Below, one piece after another: positions 58,965 through 60,641 of a stretch of 60,641 nt of DNA. Every line of letters starts with the position of its first letter. The first letter of the stretch is position 1. A program made the position numbers and the translations under genes. The notes beneath the pieces were generated by a model, which was not told where the DNA came from, searched no databases, and saw nothing but the letters and a program-made list of their open reading frames with translations. This DNA is from Minisyncoccota bacterium (GTDB lineage: Bacteria; Patescibacteriota; Minisyncoccia; Phycocordibacterales; CAJBRS01), in assembly GCA_035652395.1 (NCBI GenBank), contig DASRDX010000009.1, forward strand, positions 1 through 60,641, written 5' to 3'.

Positions 58965-59354
58965 ATGACAAAAAATATGGCAAAAACTTGGGCAATTATT
59001 TTTGGAGTTGTCTTTGTGATTGTTGGTCTTCTAGGATTTATCGGTGGAGCAGGTATTGTTGGACCAACTGGAATTTTCCAGACTAACGCTCTACACGACT
59101 GGGTCCACTTTCTTTCTGGCTTAATCTTTCTGATTGTGGCTTTTGCTTCCGCTCGATCTTCGGCTGCTGTTCTGAAAGTTTTCGGAATTGTCTACCTTCT
59201 GGTGGCTATCCTCGGATTTGTAGCGCCTTCATTCATGAGTCAACTACTCTTGGGTAATATGGCCGATAACTGGCTGCACGTTGTGCTTGGCATAGTTATC
59301 ACTTGGGTTGGTTTTGCTGCCGGTAAAGGCAGTGAAATGCCAATGGCTGCTTAA
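58965..59354 (+). CDS. DUF4383-like membrane protein
   Basis: GLLGFI, N.LHDWVH..SG, NMADNWLHVVLG; four TM helices. Confidence 0.8.
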   Translation: MTKNMAKTWAIIFGVVFVIVGLLGFIGGAGIVGPTGIFQTNALHDWVHFLSGLIFLIVAFASARSSAAVLKVFGIVYLLVAILGFVAPSFMSQLLLGNMADNWLHVVLGIVITWVGFAAGKGSEMPMAA

Positions 59355-59373
59355 ATTTCGATTTGTTTTTTGG

Positions 59374-59419
59374 AAGCGGCCGTCAAGCATTTTGCTAGCA
59401 AAATGCTTGACGGCCGCTT
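59374..59419. repeat. Perfect 46-bp loopless palindrome
   Basis: aagcggccgtcaagcattttgct|agcaaaatgcttgacggccgctt. Confidence 0.92.
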
Positions 59420-59452
59420 TCCCTTTTGGGGAATATTGCGTATTATTAAAAT

Positions 59453-60058
59453 ATGAATAGAAACACTCTTATTATTCTGATTATTGTGCTCCTAATCGTT
59501 GTTGTCGGGGCTTTTTTGTTGGTTAAAAATCAGAAGTCCAATTCGGATTTGGTCGGCTCTAATGCCACTTCCACCAACGGTGTTTCTAATTTTTATGAAT
59601 GCGCGGCCGCCGGTTTTCCTACCACGGAGAGTTATCCTCGCGAATGTCAGGTACCAAACGGTCCCGCCTATATTGAAGACCTCATTCCAAATGGGCCAAC
59701 CGCCTCATCCAGTCCCTCGGCCATGAGCTACAAGGACGTAGTGAAAGTGACGAATCTCAAAGAGAACGACACTATTAAGAGCCCACTCACTTTAAAAGGA
59801 GAAGCTCGAGGCAGCTGGTTTTTTGAAGGCACTTTTCCGGTTCAGATTCTAGACAGCAACAAGGATGTCATCGGCCAAGGGGTGGCTCAAGCTATCGGAG
59901 AGTGGGCTAGTCCGGATTATGTACCTTTTAGTGTCACTTTAACTTTTAAAAATAATTCGCCGATTCGATCCGGCACGCTGGTTTTGAAAAAGGACAATCC
60001 GTCGGGGGATCCAAGCCGCGATGACTCCTGGAGTATTCCGGTGCGCTTTGCCGAATAA
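59453..60058 (+). CDS. Membrane-anchored protein with Gmad2-like Ig domain
   Basis: TM; F.ECAAAG.P..ESYPRECQ module; GEARGSWFFEGTFPV..A.GEW..VPF..KDNPSG. Confidence 0.75.
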   Translation: MNRNTLIILIIVLLIVVVGAFLLVKNQKSNSDLVGSNATSTNGVSNFYECAAAGFPTTESYPRECQVPNGPAYIEDLIPNGPTASSSPSAMSYKDVVKVTNLKENDTIKSPLTLKGEARGSWFFEGTFPVQILDSNKDVIGQGVAQAIGEWASPDYVPFSVTLTFKNNSPIRSGTLVLKKDNPSGDPSRDDSWSIPVRFAE

Positions 60059-60067
60059 ATTATCAAC

Positions 60068-60349
60068 ATGGAATCACTAATTCACGCCGACATTTTTTTC
60101 TTGATCTCTACCATTGCGCTGGTCATCATCGCCGTGGTTTTGATTGTGGCTTTAATATACGTCGTTCGGATTTTAAATGATTTAAAAAGCATCAGTCGCA
60201 AAGTTAAAGATGAAGGAGAAGAGATCATTTCCGATATTCATGATTTTCGCGAGCACGTCAAGGCTGAAGGCTTCAATAAGCTTTACTTTTTCGGTTTTTT
60301 CCGGAAACTTTTTGGCCGAGGAAAATCTTCCCATCGCTCCGGTAAGTAG
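60068..60349 (+). CDS. Small single-TM hypothetical protein
   Basis: ADIFFLISTIA.. TM followed by a coiled coil. Confidence 0.7.
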   Translation: MESLIHADIFFLISTIALVIIAVVLIVALIYVVRILNDLKSISRKVKDEGEEIISDIHDFREHVKAEGFNKLYFFGFFRKLFGRGKSSHRSGK

Positions 60350-60408
60350 AAGCGGAAACATTCGTCTTAAATAGTAAGTAACTATATTAGTAGCTAATTA
60401 TTAAATTC

Positions 60409-60641
60409 ATGACCACAAAAAATACAAAGAAAGTAATGACCGGCGTTGGTATCACTGCCGCGGTCGCAGCGGCCGCCGCAGGTGCTTATTATTTTTACGG
60501 AACGGCCGACGGTAAGAAAAAGAGAAAGAAGATGGAGGCTTGGGCTATCAAGGCTCGCAAAGAAGTCATCAGTCAGATTGAAAAATTGAAAGATGTTAAT
60601 GAAGATGCCTATCACCAAATCGTTGATACGGTGACGGAAAA
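60409..60641 (+). CDS. YtxH-like hypothetical protein, truncated by the window end
   Basis: MTTKNTKKV..AAAAAGAYYFYG..GKKKRKK; not in the ORF track because there is no stop in the window. Confidence 0.7.
   Translation, partial: MTTKNTKKVMTGVGITAAVAAAAAGAYYFYGTADGKKKRKKMEAWAIKARKEVISQIEKLKDVNEDAYHQIVDTVTE

Noticed and set aside
60394-60618. Minus-strand 74-aa ORF
   Set aside because: It is the antisense shadow of a plus-strand gene starting at 60409 that runs off the window end.

Overview
60.6-kb chromosomal window from a Patescibacteria (CPR, most likely Parcubacteria/Paceibacteria) genome. The call rests on gene content, short gene forms and standard code 11 with TGA as stop. Housekeeping genes: infC-rpmI-rplT, smpB + tmRNA, ftsH, recG, ligA, gatCA, prfB, ftsEX, a PIF1-like helicase, cmk, dinB and 7 tRNAs, one of which is tRNA-Ile(UAU). 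Envelope and surface genes: a complete type IV pilus cluster divergent from comF; two paralogous giant Cys-rich YadA-like fibre proteins with S74 chaperone domains; a class F sortase with two adjacent xPxTG substrates; a CcdA/thioredoxin/cupredoxin/flavo-oxidoreductase cluster; a MacAB-like ABC exporter. I found no CRISPR array, transposase, integrase, reverse transcriptase or rRNA. Most unusual observations: (1) perfect GC-rich palindromes, many with the GCGAAGC DNA mini-hairpin core, both between genes and inside ligA, gatC, prfB and pilD; (2) a nested inverted-repeat element built from the 3' end of tRNA-Asp; (3) a circularly permuted CcdA; (4) a -10 box exactly 6 nt before the start codon in 11 genes, implying leaderless mRNAs, plus an AGGTCG..TATTA motif in leadered genes; (5) an unannotated structured RNA abutting tRNA-Thr; (6) a 24-residue tmRNA tag. 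All family assignments come from motif recognition by eye; no database search was run.
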